A stretch of 64,000 nt of DNA from a virus (taxonomy: Duplodnaviria; Heunggongvirae; Uroviricota; Caudoviricetes): the IMG/VR virus record IMGVR_UViG_3300032280_000361. One strand, 5' to 3'. A program made the position numbers and the translations under genes. The notes under the pieces are model-generated. The model did no database searches, was not told the origin of the DNA, and saw nothing but the letters and a program-made list of their open reading frames with translations. Shown here one piece after another: positions 1 through 9,437 of this stretch. Each line of letters begins with the position of its first letter. The first letter of the stretch is position 1.

Positions 1-8
1 TAACAAAT

Positions 9-272
9 CTATTTTAAAGATTCATTGATAGCATTTACATATGCTAGCTTTGATTGCATACCTAAGAATCTATCTACTTCTACACCATCTCTTTCAATGA
101 TTACAGTTGGTACTGAACGAATTCCATACTTACTAGATTCATCATATGCTTCATCTACATCATATTCTTCAAATTTAACATTTGAAAATTGACCTTTAAT
201 TTCGTTCATTACTGGAGCTAATGCTCTACACGGTCCACACCATGCTGCTGAAAATTTCTTAACCGTTATCAT
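9..272 (-). CDS. trxA: Thioredoxin
   Basis: WCGPC active site, SVPT cis-Pro loop; directly downstream of nrdA. Confidence 0.95.
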   Translation of the reverse strand: MITVKKFSAAWCGPCRALAPVMNEIKGQFSNVKFEEYDVDEAYDESSKYGIRSVPTVIIERDGVEVDRFLGMQSKLAYVNAINESLK

Positions 273-293
273 ATCTTTTCTTTTATTTAAATA

Positions 294-2075
294 TTATCCT
301 TCACAACTTACACATTCTGGGTCCATTGCTTTTGCCGCAATATCTCCTCTTAATACCGATTCAGTTCTCATATAGTAAAGTGTTTTTACACCCTGCTTCC
401 ATGCTTCTAAGTGAACTTGATTAATCCACTTTGGTTCTGCTATTGCAGGAAACGCTAAGTTTAGAGAAACTGCCTGGTCAATGTATTGTTGTCTAATACC
501 CGCTTGTCTTACTAAATCTAATTGATTAATTTCTTTGAATGTTTTAAATACATCCTTAACTGAGTTACATTTACCTTTATGAGATTCTTCAGTTACCTCA
601 CTACATTCAACTAACTTACCATCTAAAAAACACCACTCATCTAAGAAATCTAATCCTAATACAGAACCACCATCTTCTAAAATTTTATCCCACGTTTCTT
701 TTGTATCAAATCCAATTTTTTTCAATACTCTTCTCAATTCAGGATTTTTTCTGATGAAAGTTCCTTTTGATGTTTGTTCGGTAAATACGTTAGCTGCCCA
801 AGGTTCAATACCACTACTTACGTTACCACTCAACTTAGAGTTTGATACCGTAGGTGCTACTGCTCTTAGGTGAGTATTTCTGAATCCACTTTCTTTACAC
901 CACAGTGGTTCACCATATTCGTTTGCCAAATCTCTACTTGCTCTTTCAGATTCAATTTTAATTCCAGAGAAAATTTTACGAGTTTCAAATTGTGCTTGCA
1001 ATCCTTCAAATGGTAATCCTTTTTGTTGTAAATAAGTGTGCCATCCTAATACACCCAATCCTAATGCTCTACCTCTTTCAGCTGAACGAACTGAATTCTC
1101 AAATCCTTTCATATTCTTAGCTCTTTGCAAGAATTCTTCTAATACACCATCTAAGAAAATAGTAGATGTATAAACTAAATCAGTATCTTTCCACTCATCA
1201 TATTTTGCCAAATTCAAAGAACTTAAACAACAAACGAATGAATGTTGCTCATCAGTATGTAAAACGATTTCAGAGCAGATGTTAGTCATATGTACTTTCA
1301 ATCCGTTCTTTTTATACATTTCAGGATTTGCTTTGTTTACATTACCCTTATACATAATATATGGTTCACCGGTTGCTTTACGTTTCTGAAGTAACTTACC
1401 CCACTTTCTACGAGCTTCCGAATCTCCCTCTTCAACCTTCTTCATAAATCTATCACTAACTACAACACATTGATGTAAGTTTAATGATTGACGGTTTACA
1501 TCACCTTTAGGTTCTCTAATCTCTAAGAAATCTTCAAAGTCTTTATGTTCAATTTTAATGTTCACCGATGCTGCTCCTCTACGAACACTTCCTTGATTGG
1601 TTGCTAGTATGGTAGAATCGTATATCTTTGCAAATGGTACAATACCATCGGATGTTCCGTTGCCGGTAATTTTAGAACCCGCAGGTCGTATCATATTGAT
1701 TCCAATACCAACTCCACCTCCGTGCTTTGCTAATACCATCAATTCTAAGTTCTTAGAACCAATTTCAAAAATACTATCACCCACATCAATACCGAAACAA
1801 GAGATTGGTAAACCTCTATCCGTACCTGTGTTTGATAATACTGGCGTTGCTAAACATAACCAACCTTTCCAAATGTAATCAAAGAATTTTGTTGCCAATT
1901 GTGGTTTATCCAATCTCTTAGCAACTGCAGTAGCAACTCTCCAATATGCATCTTTTGGTTTTTCTCCTGCTTGCAAATATGTTTTGGATATAGTTTTTAC
2001 ATATATCTCATTGTTTCCCCAAGAAGGAAAATCGACATCAACTTCCCAACCGTATTCTTCTCCGTAATTTTTCAT
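294..2075 (-). CDS. nrdA: Class I ribonucleotide reductase alpha subunit, short form without ATP cone
   Basis: PISCF, NICSEI (thiyl Cys), APTVSNS, KTLYY, C-terminal CxxC (CVSCEG). Confidence 0.96.
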   Translation of the reverse strand: MKNYGEEYGWEVDVDFPSWGNNEIYVKTISKTYLQAGEKPKDAYWRVATAVAKRLDKPQLATKFFDYIWKGWLCLATPVLSNTGTDRGLPISCFGIDVGDSIFEIGSKNLELMVLAKHGGGVGIGINMIRPAGSKITGNGTSDGIVPFAKIYDSTILATNQGSVRRGAASVNIKIEHKDFEDFLEIREPKGDVNRQSLNLHQCVVVSDRFMKKVEEGDSEARRKWGKLLQKRKATGEPYIMYKGNVNKANPEMYKKNGLKVHMTNICSEIVLHTDEQHSFVCCLSSLNLAKYDEWKDTDLVYTSTIFLDGVLEEFLQRAKNMKGFENSVRSAERGRALGLGVLGWHTYLQQKGLPFEGLQAQFETRKIFSGIKIESERASRDLANEYGEPLWCKESGFRNTHLRAVAPTVSNSKLSGNVSSGIEPWAANVFTEQTSKGTFIRKNPELRRVLKKIGFDTKETWDKILEDGGSVLGLDFLDEWCFLDGKLVECSEVTEESHKGKCNSVKDVFKTFKEINQLDLVRQAGIRQQYIDQAVSLNLAFPAIAEPKWINQVHLEAWKQGVKTLYYMRTESVLRGDIAAKAMDPECVSCEG

Positions 2076-2084
2076 AAACTTTTT

Positions 2085-3098
2085 TTAAAATATATCATCC
2101 CAATTTTCTCCTTCACCTGCCTTACTATAATCAGTAGGTCTCATAGCAAAGAAATCTGTATGTGTTACTCCACCTGTAAGATGATAAAACCAATCTAATT
2201 CAGATGCTTTCTTTTCGTTAAACTCAAAGTAGTCATCTCCACCTTTAATTGGGTTATACCCCAACTCTCCTAATTTTTCATTAACTCTTTTTGTAATGAA
2301 TTCTTTTAGGTCATTCTTTTTAAGATTCTCTAAATCACCTTGTTCAAAAATTCTATCAATGAACTTATGCTCTAAATCTCTAATGATTTCAGCTGCTTTG
2401 TAGATATCAGCTTTAGCTTCTTCTAATAATTCAGGAAATTCATTACACATATGTCTGAATAATTGACAACCCATCTTTGAGTGTAAGGATTCATCTCTAA
2501 CACTCCACTTCATTTGTTGTCCAATTCCTTTTAATAGATTTCTCATTTGGAAAGAATATAGTACAGCGAATGATGAATACAATGCTACACCTTCTGCAAA
2601 TGCCGAAAATATAGCAAGTGAACGAGCAACCTCAACTCTGGCTTTGTGATTAGTATCCAAATCTTTTGGTGTCCAATCTGCGGTTGTATTCGTTAACAAC
2701 TCAAATCTTTCTTTCATAACTTCATCATGCATAAAGCCTGCGAAGTCATCCAATCCTAATGTTTCATTTAAGTATGAATACGCAACTGAATGGATTGTTT
2801 CCTGAGAACCAAATGCCATTGCCATTTGTCTAATCTCATGCTTTGGAAACCATTTGGTAACCATGCCTGTCCAATAATCCGATACGGCACATTCGGTTTG
2901 AGCAAATCCTAAAAGAATATTACCTACTAAATGTTTTTCTTCTTTTGTTAAATTTTCATTCCAATCCTTCACATCCCCTTGCATTGGTATTTCAGTATGT
3001 AACCAAAATGCCTGCATTTGTTTTAACCAACCTTCATTGTAGTAGTCTGGATATTCAAATGGTTTATAGGGGATTCTGTCCGTAAATAATTTGCTCAT
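2085..3098 (-). CDS. nrdB: Class I ribonucleotide reductase beta subunit
   Basis: ETIHSVAY, EGVALYSSF and RDESLH di-metal motifs; C-terminal DFF..RPTDY. Confidence 0.95.
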   Translation of the reverse strand: MSKLFTDRIPYKPFEYPDYYNEGWLKQMQAFWLHTEIPMQGDVKDWNENLTKEEKHLVGNILLGFAQTECAVSDYWTGMVTKWFPKHEIRQMAMAFGSQETIHSVAYSYLNETLGLDDFAGFMHDEVMKERFELLTNTTADWTPKDLDTNHKARVEVARSLAIFSAFAEGVALYSSFAVLYSFQMRNLLKGIGQQMKWSVRDESLHSKMGCQLFRHMCNEFPELLEEAKADIYKAAEIIRDLEHKFIDRIFEQGDLENLKKNDLKEFITKRVNEKLGELGYNPIKGGDDYFEFNEKKASELDWFYHLTGGVTHTDFFAMRPTDYSKAGEGENWDDIF

Positions 3099-3222
3099 AG
3101 TGTAATCTTAATTGTGTGTTTATTCAATAGGGTAAGAATAAATACATCACAATCTCTAAAAAATTTTCGGTTCTTTAGAAATCTTTTCTATCGTTTTTTC
3201 TTTAGTTTTCTTTAGAAAAATT

Positions 3223-3540
3223 TTAATTTTCTATTTCTTCGTCTGCCTGTTCTGTAGGCTCTTCCTCATCAAAGATTGGATATTCTGCAAATATAGTTGG
3301 AGTTATATCTACTCCTTCATCATTGGATATCTTTAAAGTTAAAATGTTTACATCGATATATTCAGCTGCTTCCAATTCAGTTAGACCAGATTGCATTAAT
3401 ACTTCTACAATTAAATCATAGTGATATACTATTTTAGTAGAAGTTACATCATATCCTACAATAGCATCATCTAATCCTTCTAAAATCGCCATACCGGTCG
3501 ATACATCATTAATAACATTTAGTTGTTCTTGTGTTAACAT
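3223..3540 (-). CDS. Conserved phage hypothetical protein
   Basis: 105-aa ORF with LEGLDDAIVG and EAAEYIDVN patterns typical of a small phage family; co-oriented. Confidence 0.75.
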   Translation of the reverse strand: MLTQEQLNVINDVSTGMAILEGLDDAIVGYDVTSTKIVYHYDLIVEVLMQSGLTELEAAEYIDVNILTLKISNDEGVDITPTIFAEYPIFDEEEPTEQADEEIEN

Positions 3541-3553
3541 ATAATATATTTTT

Positions 3554-4915
3554 TTATCCCATATTATCTACATACTTTTTATGTAGTAGTTGTTTTTGTA
3601 ATAACTCTCCATTTTTACTCTCTTTACTCGCTATAATTCCATTTGATGAATTAGCCGCATATACTTCAATGATACCTTTGTTAGTGTTCATCTTTGCAGG
3701 GAATGTTAATCCATCTGGCCCAAATCTGTTTTTCATAACATGAAATCTAGCGGTATCATTCAACTTATCAGTATCTTTTCTACTAACTGATATGATTAAA
3801 TCTGCGTTCATTACTTTTGCATAACTATCCGCAATTTTATCAGCGTGAATTACATCACTTTCAATCGCACTTCTATTAGTTTGGGATGCAGTCCAAATTG
3901 GTATTTGATACTCACCTCCCATTGCTCTTAAATCAATATAGATACCACCTTGTTCCTGATAATCTGAATTGTTCTTAGAGTTAACTGATACTAATAAATC
4001 AGCGTAGTCTATAATTATTAAATCGGGCTGAAATTTGGTTGAACGAACCATATCAATGTGTGCCGCAATTGTGTTTGCAGTAATACCTTTTGGTGGATAA
4101 TATTTAATCATCAATCCACCTTTTAGTTTATCTACCTTATCCTTAATCTGTTCTTTATTATCTCTTAACTCAGCTGATGGGATACCGGTAAAGATTGTAT
4201 CATATCTCTGACCAACATAGTTCTGTGTAAGTTCTAATGTATAATGTAATACATTCTTACCTTGTCTAACTGCTTCCGCACCAATGTGACAAAGAACCCA
4301 AGTCTTACCAACTCCAGATGGTGCAACGATTACTCCTAACTCACCAGGCCCTAATCCTCCATCTATTAACTCATCGATTACATCCCAATTCGTTTTAACA
4401 GTTCTTCTATTAACCTCTTCAAAACGAACTTCTATATCTTCTTTGTAATCTAATCCTAAATCATTTGATTGTCCAACTTTAACAGCATCTCTTACTAATT
4501 TTTCAATCTTATCAAATTGTCCCGTTTGTAATAGGTCAACTGAAGTAAGAATAACATTTTTAAAGTTTTGATTTTTACAAAATGTTACGAATTCATTCTT
4601 AACCCATTCAGAATCTCCACCACTTTGTTGTGCATAAATTGCTTTTAACTGAGTGAGAACATTTTGTTGAAGTGCTTTATCGGTGATTTTTTGTATTTCC
4701 GTTTTAAAGAAATCAGTAGTAGGAGTATTCTTATATTTGAAAAAGTATTTACGGGTTATATCAACTACCCATTTATTAGTATCAGATTCAAAATACTTTG
4801 TTTCCAAAATATCCGAAACTTGCTCTAAAAAAGGTCTATCTGTTACTAAATTAGTTACCACTTTTGTTTGGTAACTCTGCCCGTATTTTGCTAAATTATC
4901 TACCGCTTCACTCAT
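3554..4915 (-). CDS. Replicative helicase, T4 gp41/DnaB-like
   Basis: Walker A APSGVGKT, Walker B IIIDYAD, TASQTNR, KNRFG. Confidence 0.93.
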   Translation of the reverse strand: MSEAVDNLAKYGQSYQTKVVTNLVTDRPFLEQVSDILETKYFESDTNKWVVDITRKYFFKYKNTPTTDFFKTEIQKITDKALQQNVLTQLKAIYAQQSGGDSEWVKNEFVTFCKNQNFKNVILTSVDLLQTGQFDKIEKLVRDAVKVGQSNDLGLDYKEDIEVRFEEVNRRTVKTNWDVIDELIDGGLGPGELGVIVAPSGVGKTWVLCHIGAEAVRQGKNVLHYTLELTQNYVGQRYDTIFTGIPSAELRDNKEQIKDKVDKLKGGLMIKYYPPKGITANTIAAHIDMVRSTKFQPDLIIIDYADLLVSVNSKNNSDYQEQGGIYIDLRAMGGEYQIPIWTASQTNRSAIESDVIHADKIADSYAKVMNADLIISVSRKDTDKLNDTARFHVMKNRFGPDGLTFPAKMNTNKGIIEVYAANSSNGIIASKESKNGELLQKQLLHKKYVDNMG

Positions 4916-4919
4916 ACCA

Positions 4920-4951
4920 CAAATATAAGATTAAAATTTGGTATTTCCAAA
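4920..4951 (-). promoter_or_regulatory. Bacteroidota-type primary sigma promoter (-33/-7)
   Basis: Sense strand reads TTTG-N20-TATATTTG, an exact match to TTTG-N19-21-TAnnTTTG; helicase ATG is 4 nt downstream. Confidence 0.8.
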
Positions 4952-4954
4952 TTA

Positions 4955-5992
4955 TTATAAAACTAAATTACCGAATGATGACCTCAGCCAATCATTAACA
5001 TCTCCCCAATTTTGTAGTATCTTATATTTCATGCCAAACCCAATGAATTTCATTTTATCCAATGGTTCAACTGATTCAGTAAATCTGTCGTTTATTTTAA
5101 GTTTGGTAATCCCGCTAATATCCGGGTCTTCCAATTGCATTATTTGGAAGTTTCTTTCAATTATTTTTTTACTATCTAAAATGGTTTGAAAAACTTTGTA
5201 TTCCCCTTTTTGTTCTTCAGCTAATCTCATCAGTTCATCCACTGTCAATCTAGCATCGGTTTCCAATACAGGCAATCTTTTAAGAAGTGTTTTTAATCCA
5301 CATCCTTTTACACCATCTATGTTATCGGATTTATCACCATCCATTACTCTATACCATATAAAGTTTTCTGCGTGAACTCCGTATAATTCTTTTAATTTAT
5401 CCTTATCAATTTTCTGTTTCTTTAATGGATTCCAAACGTGGATATTCTCTGAAACTAATTGTAAGAAATCTTTATCAGATGAAAGAATTAATGCTCCTTC
5501 ATCTTCTTTGATAACTTGTTTAGCTAAATAACCAATTACATCATCTGCTTCTATGTTATCATAAATCATCGTAGTTACTGGCAATACACCTAAGATGTTA
5601 GCCAATGAACTCAATTGCCTTCTCAAACTTACCTGCTCATCTTCTTCACTCATCATATCATCATATTGACGATTGACTCTGAATTTAACTTTTCTATCCG
5701 CTTTGTAATTTGAGAATACTTCCTTTCTTTTTTGTGAACCCCCTTTACCATCAAATATTACTACTACTCTAGTAGGGTTCTCCTGTCGTATAACTGCTCC
5801 TAATGATTTTAGGAATCCAACCATACCACCGGTATGTTCTCCATCTTCGTTCATTGTTGGGTTTGTGCTCCAACAACGGAAGAACATATTTAAACCATCC
5901 ACAAATAACACCTTAGAATTTCTAGTTCTAAGGTGTTTAGTGGTATGTTCCAAATTTACTTCATCTAATAAATTCTTGTATTTGTTATTCAC
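4955..5992 (-). CDS. 5'-3' exonuclease / flap endonuclease (T4 RNase H-like)
   Basis: FVDG, FDG, YKADR, EADDVI, SSDKDFLQ, GDKSDNIDGVKGCG motifs; GTG start overlaps the recA stop. Confidence 0.93.
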   Translation of the reverse strand: MNNKYKNLLDEVNLEHTTKHLRTRNSKVLFVDGLNMFFRCWSTNPTMNEDGEHTGGMVGFLKSLGAVIRQENPTRVVVIFDGKGGSQKRKEVFSNYKADRKVKFRVNRQYDDMMSEEDEQVSLRRQLSSLANILGVLPVTTMIYDNIEADDVIGYLAKQVIKEDEGALILSSDKDFLQLVSENIHVWNPLKKQKIDKDKLKELYGVHAENFIWYRVMDGDKSDNIDGVKGCGLKTLLKRLPVLETDARLTVDELMRLAEEQKGEYKVFQTILDSKKIIERNFQIMQLEDPDISGITKLKINDRFTESVEPLDKMKFIGFGMKYKILQNWGDVNDWLRSSFGNLVL

Positions 5993-7110
5993 TATTCTAC
6001 TTCGTTTGGTAAATTTGTATCAACTTCCATTGCCTCAATATCGTATGTATCCTTTTTATATTGAAGAATAGTCGTCTCACAAATCTTTTTATAAATTTGG
6101 TCTCTTAACTCAGGTTTTTCTTGCATCATTACAATAAAATCCTTAGATTGGAATTTAATAACTTCGCCTGAATCAGTATCTACATACTCATACCAAGCTC
6201 CGCCTTGCTTAACTAACTTATTATCTTTCAATACAGTTAACCAGCTACCATAGTTATCGATACCTCTATCGAAATAGATTTCAAAATCCGCTGAACGAAG
6301 TGGTGGACCTAACCGATTCTTAACCACTTGTGCTCTTACTGAGATTCCTACAACTTTATCTGTTCCACCAATTTTAGTTTTGATTTGTCCAACGTTCTTC
6401 AATCTTAAACGAACCGATGCGTGGAAAGCCAAAGCCTTACCACCACTCGTTGTCCAAGGGTCACCGAACATTACTCCTAACTTTTGCCTTAATTGGTTTG
6501 TGAAGATAACTGCAATTTTCTGCCTACCAATTACATTGGTAATCTTTCTCATTGCCTTAGATATGATAATAGCTTTATCGGTTGCGTAACCGTCTTTATC
6601 ATAATCCGATTCCATTTCCTTCTTAGTAGAAGCCGCCGCAACGGAATCCACAACGATTGTTACTAATCTATCTTTGTCAGATGTTCTAACCTTTTCAATG
6701 ATTGTTTCAATTGTTTCAAAGATATCCTCAACTGTATCTACACTCACATATAGAAGTTTGGATACATCTACTCCAATTGCATCGAAGAACTCTCTACTTA
6801 CCGCAGTTTCAGTATCAATCAATACTGCAACTCCACCTTGCTTTTGAGTTTCCGCTAAGATGTGAGCAGAGAGTAATGATTTACCACTCTGCTCCAAACC
6901 TGTGATTTCAGTAATTCTACCAACAGGTATTCCACCATACGGGCGATTAGAAATAGCAACATCCATCATAGCTGCTCCGGTTGAAATCCATCCGTTTACA
7001 TTGGTTGGTGCCCCATCGGAATCATCATCTAAGAAGAAGGCGATTTTTTGGTCTTTATTTTTCTTGTTCAGACTATCGACCAGAATATCTGCTAAATCAG
7101 TTTTTGCCAT
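5992..7110 (-). CDS. recA: RecA/UvsX recombinase
   Basis: GLEQSGKS Walker A, IDTE, VVDSVAA, NQLRQK, GGKALAFHASVRL. Confidence 0.95.
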   Translation of the reverse strand: MAKTDLADILVDSLNKKNKDQKIAFFLDDDSDGAPTNVNGWISTGAAMMDVAISNRPYGGIPVGRITEITGLEQSGKSLLSAHILAETQKQGGVAVLIDTETAVSREFFDAIGVDVSKLLYVSVDTVEDIFETIETIIEKVRTSDKDRLVTIVVDSVAAASTKKEMESDYDKDGYATDKAIIISKAMRKITNVIGRQKIAVIFTNQLRQKLGVMFGDPWTTSGGKALAFHASVRLRLKNVGQIKTKIGGTDKVVGISVRAQVVKNRLGPPLRSADFEIYFDRGIDNYGSWLTVLKDNKLVKQGGAWYEYVDTDSGEVIKFQSKDFIVMMQEKPELRDQIYKKICETTILQYKKDTYDIEAMEVDTNLPNEVE

Positions 7111-7125
7111 AATTATAACTTGTTA

Positions 7126-8001
7126 TTATTTGAATAAATCTTCGAACGCATCCGCAACTTGTTGAGTTGTTTTGGATACAGGAGCCGATGGTGTTTCATC
7201 CCAAGGTAACTCTTGTTGAGTAGCCTTTTGTGGAATCTCATCATCTAATTGGTGAGGTTTCGTATCGAAATCAAACGAATCACTTACACTCTTTTCTGTT
7301 TTAGCCACAAGTGTTTCTTGTGTAGCAGATTGTGCACCTTCATCAGTTGTGTTTCCAGCTAACCAATTTTCTAAGATTTTCTTCAACTCATCATATGACA
7401 ATTCTGAGTAGATAGTGGTGATTTCTTTTTCGTTACCAATCAACTCCTTAATCTTCTCATCGTTCTCATGCAACTTAGTAGTTGTAGGTTTAACTCTGAT
7501 AGTAGTAGTTGGGTAAGATGCTCCACCTTCCGCTGCTGCGTAATCTACGACGATATCTCTACCACTAAAAGGGTCGGATAAATCACCGTAATCTGGGTCT
7601 GCGAAGTAACCCAATAATTCTTGATAAACTGTCTTACCGAATCCCCAAAACTTAACACCTTCACTTTCCTGACCTCTTACGATTACGGGAACAAAAGTTC
7701 TTAATTTTGGCTCCATTTTCTTAGCTTCGCGGTAATCATCCTTTCCACCCATTCTCTTAAGTTTTTCTGCAAACTCTACGATAGGGTCAGGTCTTCCGAA
7801 TGAAGCTGGTGATAAATAGGATTTGTTGTTGATGTTGTAGTGAAAATACAATTCAATAAAAGGAATATCCTTGTTGAATTTGTAAGGTACTAAACGGATT
7901 TGGTGTTTACCAACTGTTGGCTTCCATAGTGAGTCAGCCGTTTTCTGTGTGCCCTGAAGTTTGTTCAGACGGGCTCTGATTGCATCAATGTTTGTTGACA
8001 T
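7126..8001 (-). CDS. Single-stranded DNA-binding protein, gp32-like
   Basis: LWKP..G...IRLVP, KFWGFGKTVY, GRDI motifs; acidic tail ending FEDLFK; next to recA. Confidence 0.85.
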   Translation of the reverse strand: MSTNIDAIRARLNKLQGTQKTADSLWKPTVGKHQIRLVPYKFNKDIPFIELYFHYNINNKSYLSPASFGRPDPIVEFAEKLKRMGGKDDYREAKKMEPKLRTFVPVIVRGQESEGVKFWGFGKTVYQELLGYFADPDYGDLSDPFSGRDIVVDYAAAEGGASYPTTTIRVKPTTTKLHENDEKIKELIGNEKEITTIYSELSYDELKKILENWLAGNTTDEGAQSATQETLVAKTEKSVSDSFDFDTKPHQLDDEIPQKATQQELPWDETPSAPVSKTTQQVADAFEDLFK

Positions 8002-8046
8002 GCTTTATTTGTTTTATGGTTTAAAAATTAAGTTTAAGTTTATAGA

Positions 8047-8055
8047 TATAAATAT
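8047..8055 (-). promoter_or_regulatory. Candidate phage late promoter motif ATATTTATA
   Basis: Recurrent 9-mer, upstream of SSB. Confidence 0.55.
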
Positions 8056-8076
8056 CTACAAGTAATAAACTTAGAA

Positions 8077-8108
8077 CAAAGATACACTAATATATCGAAT
8101 ATTCCAAG
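8077..8108 (-). promoter_or_regulatory. Bacteroidota-type promoter
   Basis: CTTG-N20-TATCTTTG upstream of SSB. Confidence 0.7.
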
Positions 8109-8128
8109 CTTTTTTTAATATTTTTTTA

Positions 8129-8422
8129 CTAAAATATTTCTTCTTCTAACTCTCTGAGATTCAATTCATTACACCCTTTACTACTCTTACATTTTGTGTA
8201 AGCATCGTACAATTTCTTATGACGGTTGATTCGTTGAAGAACATACCACCCATCATCATTTGTGGTGTAAATAGATTCCCATAGAGTTAAATTCTCTGAA
8301 TATGGGTGTGGTTGATTTTGTGCCCAATTTTTGGCAGCAGTAAAACCTCGTGGGGTTGCGGGAAATTCTCCTTTAGGTGTAGGAGTAAAGAATGAGATGA
8401 TTTTGTTTAAAAACTTTTTCAT
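8129..8422 (-). CDS. Hypothetical protein
   Basis: 97-aa co-oriented ORF with its own upstream motifs. Confidence 0.7.
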   Translation of the reverse strand: MKKFLNKIISFFTPTPKGEFPATPRGFTAAKNWAQNQPHPYSENLTLWESIYTTNDDGWYVLQRINRHKKLYDAYTKCKSSKGCNELNLRELEEEIF

Positions 8423-8447
8423 GAAACGGAAGGAGTTGGGATTCCCC

Positions 8448-8456
8448 TATAAATAT
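8448..8456 (-). promoter_or_regulatory. Candidate late promoter motif ATATTTATA
   Basis: Recurrent 9-mer about 25 nt upstream of the ORF starting at 8422; a TATATTTG -7 box lies at 8460-8467. Confidence 0.6.
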
Positions 8457-8476
8457 ATACAAATATACGAAAACAA

Positions 8477-8887
8477 TTACTTTATCCAACCTATTTTTTT
8501 ACCTTCCTTTTTTCTCTCCGCCCACTCTTCTTCAGAGCCAGGAAATCTCCATGCCCATACTATCCAAAATAACATAAATCCACCAATACCAATAAGTGCC
8601 GCAGGTTTATGCAATGTAAATAATAGAATTGTATAACTAACAATCATAGTAGTTACCATTATCCATTTTACCTTTGTTGGGTAAATACTTTTTTCTTCCC
8701 AACGAATTAAATGTGGTGAAAATGTTGGATGTGTATGTAACCAATGATTTAACTTTGGTGAACTCTTAGCAAATGCCCATGCTGCTAATATAACGAATGT
8801 AGTCATTGGTACACCTGGAACTATTGCTCCTATGTATGCACATCCTACAAATACCAATCCTAATACTCTCCACAACCAAACTTTCAT
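8477..8887 (-). CDS. YbaN/DUF454-family inner membrane protein
   Basis: GAIVPGVPMTTFVILAAWAFAKSSPKLNHWL..HPTF signature, several hydrophobic helices. Confidence 0.85.
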   Translation of the reverse strand: MKVWLWRVLGLVFVGCAYIGAIVPGVPMTTFVILAAWAFAKSSPKLNHWLHTHPTFSPHLIRWEEKSIYPTKVKWIMVTTMIVSYTILLFTLHKPAALIGIGGFMLFWIVWAWRFPGSEEEWAERKKEGKKIGWIK

Positions 8888-8888
8888 T

Positions 8889-9062
8889 TTATTTATTTTT
8901 ATTTTTAAAAAATTCTTCTACCTTCTCCTCTAAAAAATTAATTGAATCGGAATCTCCTGTCCAACCCTCATATTTGATATAATATTCAATTAGGTTAGGA
9001 TTTTCTTCTAACCTCTGTTTTAGTTCACTTAATGTAGGTATGTATATGTTTATATAAGTCAT
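8889..9062 (-). CDS. Small hypothetical protein (57 aa), absent from the ORF track
   Basis: Manual translation MTYINIYIPTLSELKQRLEENPNLIEYYIKYEGWTGDSDSINFLEEKVEEFFKNKNK; TAATG overlap with the upstream stop; fills the gap exactly. Confidence 0.75.
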   Translation of the reverse strand: MTYINIYIPTLSELKQRLEENPNLIEYYIKYEGWTGDSDSINFLEEKVEEFFKNKNK

Positions 9063-9418
9063 TACTTAGCCCACTTTCCTCTGCTAACTAATTGTGCAAT
9101 GATTCCATATACAGATAAATCCTGATAAGTATCATCTATTGCTTCTCCCACATTATCTTGCTTACCTAATACCACTAATTGTTTTAATCTCTGAATCTTA
9201 TCATTCATTCTGAACCATAATCCCGTTTGAGATAATTTTCTTTCATCTTCGGTAACTAATGATGTTCCTACTGATATATTACCTGGTCCGTAATTTGATT
9301 GTTTTAAACAGAAGGTTTCATATCCTTCTATCATAATCTTTTTGTATTCCGCTGTCGTTTCCGGATACTCCTGCTCTATTTGAGCCACCACTTCTGGGTT
9401 CTTATAGTTGATTGTCAT
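9062..9418 (-). CDS. DUF1599 / nucleotide-modification-associated domain protein
   Basis: KQSNYG..NI, GLWFRMNDKIQRL and DTYQDLSVYGIIA pattern. Confidence 0.75.
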   Translation of the reverse strand: MTINYKNPEVVAQIEQEYPETTAEYKKIMIEGYETFCLKQSNYGPGNISVGTSLVTEDERKLSQTGLWFRMNDKIQRLKQLVVLGKQDNVGEAIDDTYQDLSVYGIIAQLVSRGKWAK

Positions 9419-9437
9419 AACATTTGGTTTATAAGTG

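Noticed and set aside
8423-8447. GGAATCCC shared with the 58627-58636 leader, and an anti-SD-like CTCCTTCC
   Set aside because: Only two short occurrences with no consistent position; cannot be distinguished from chance
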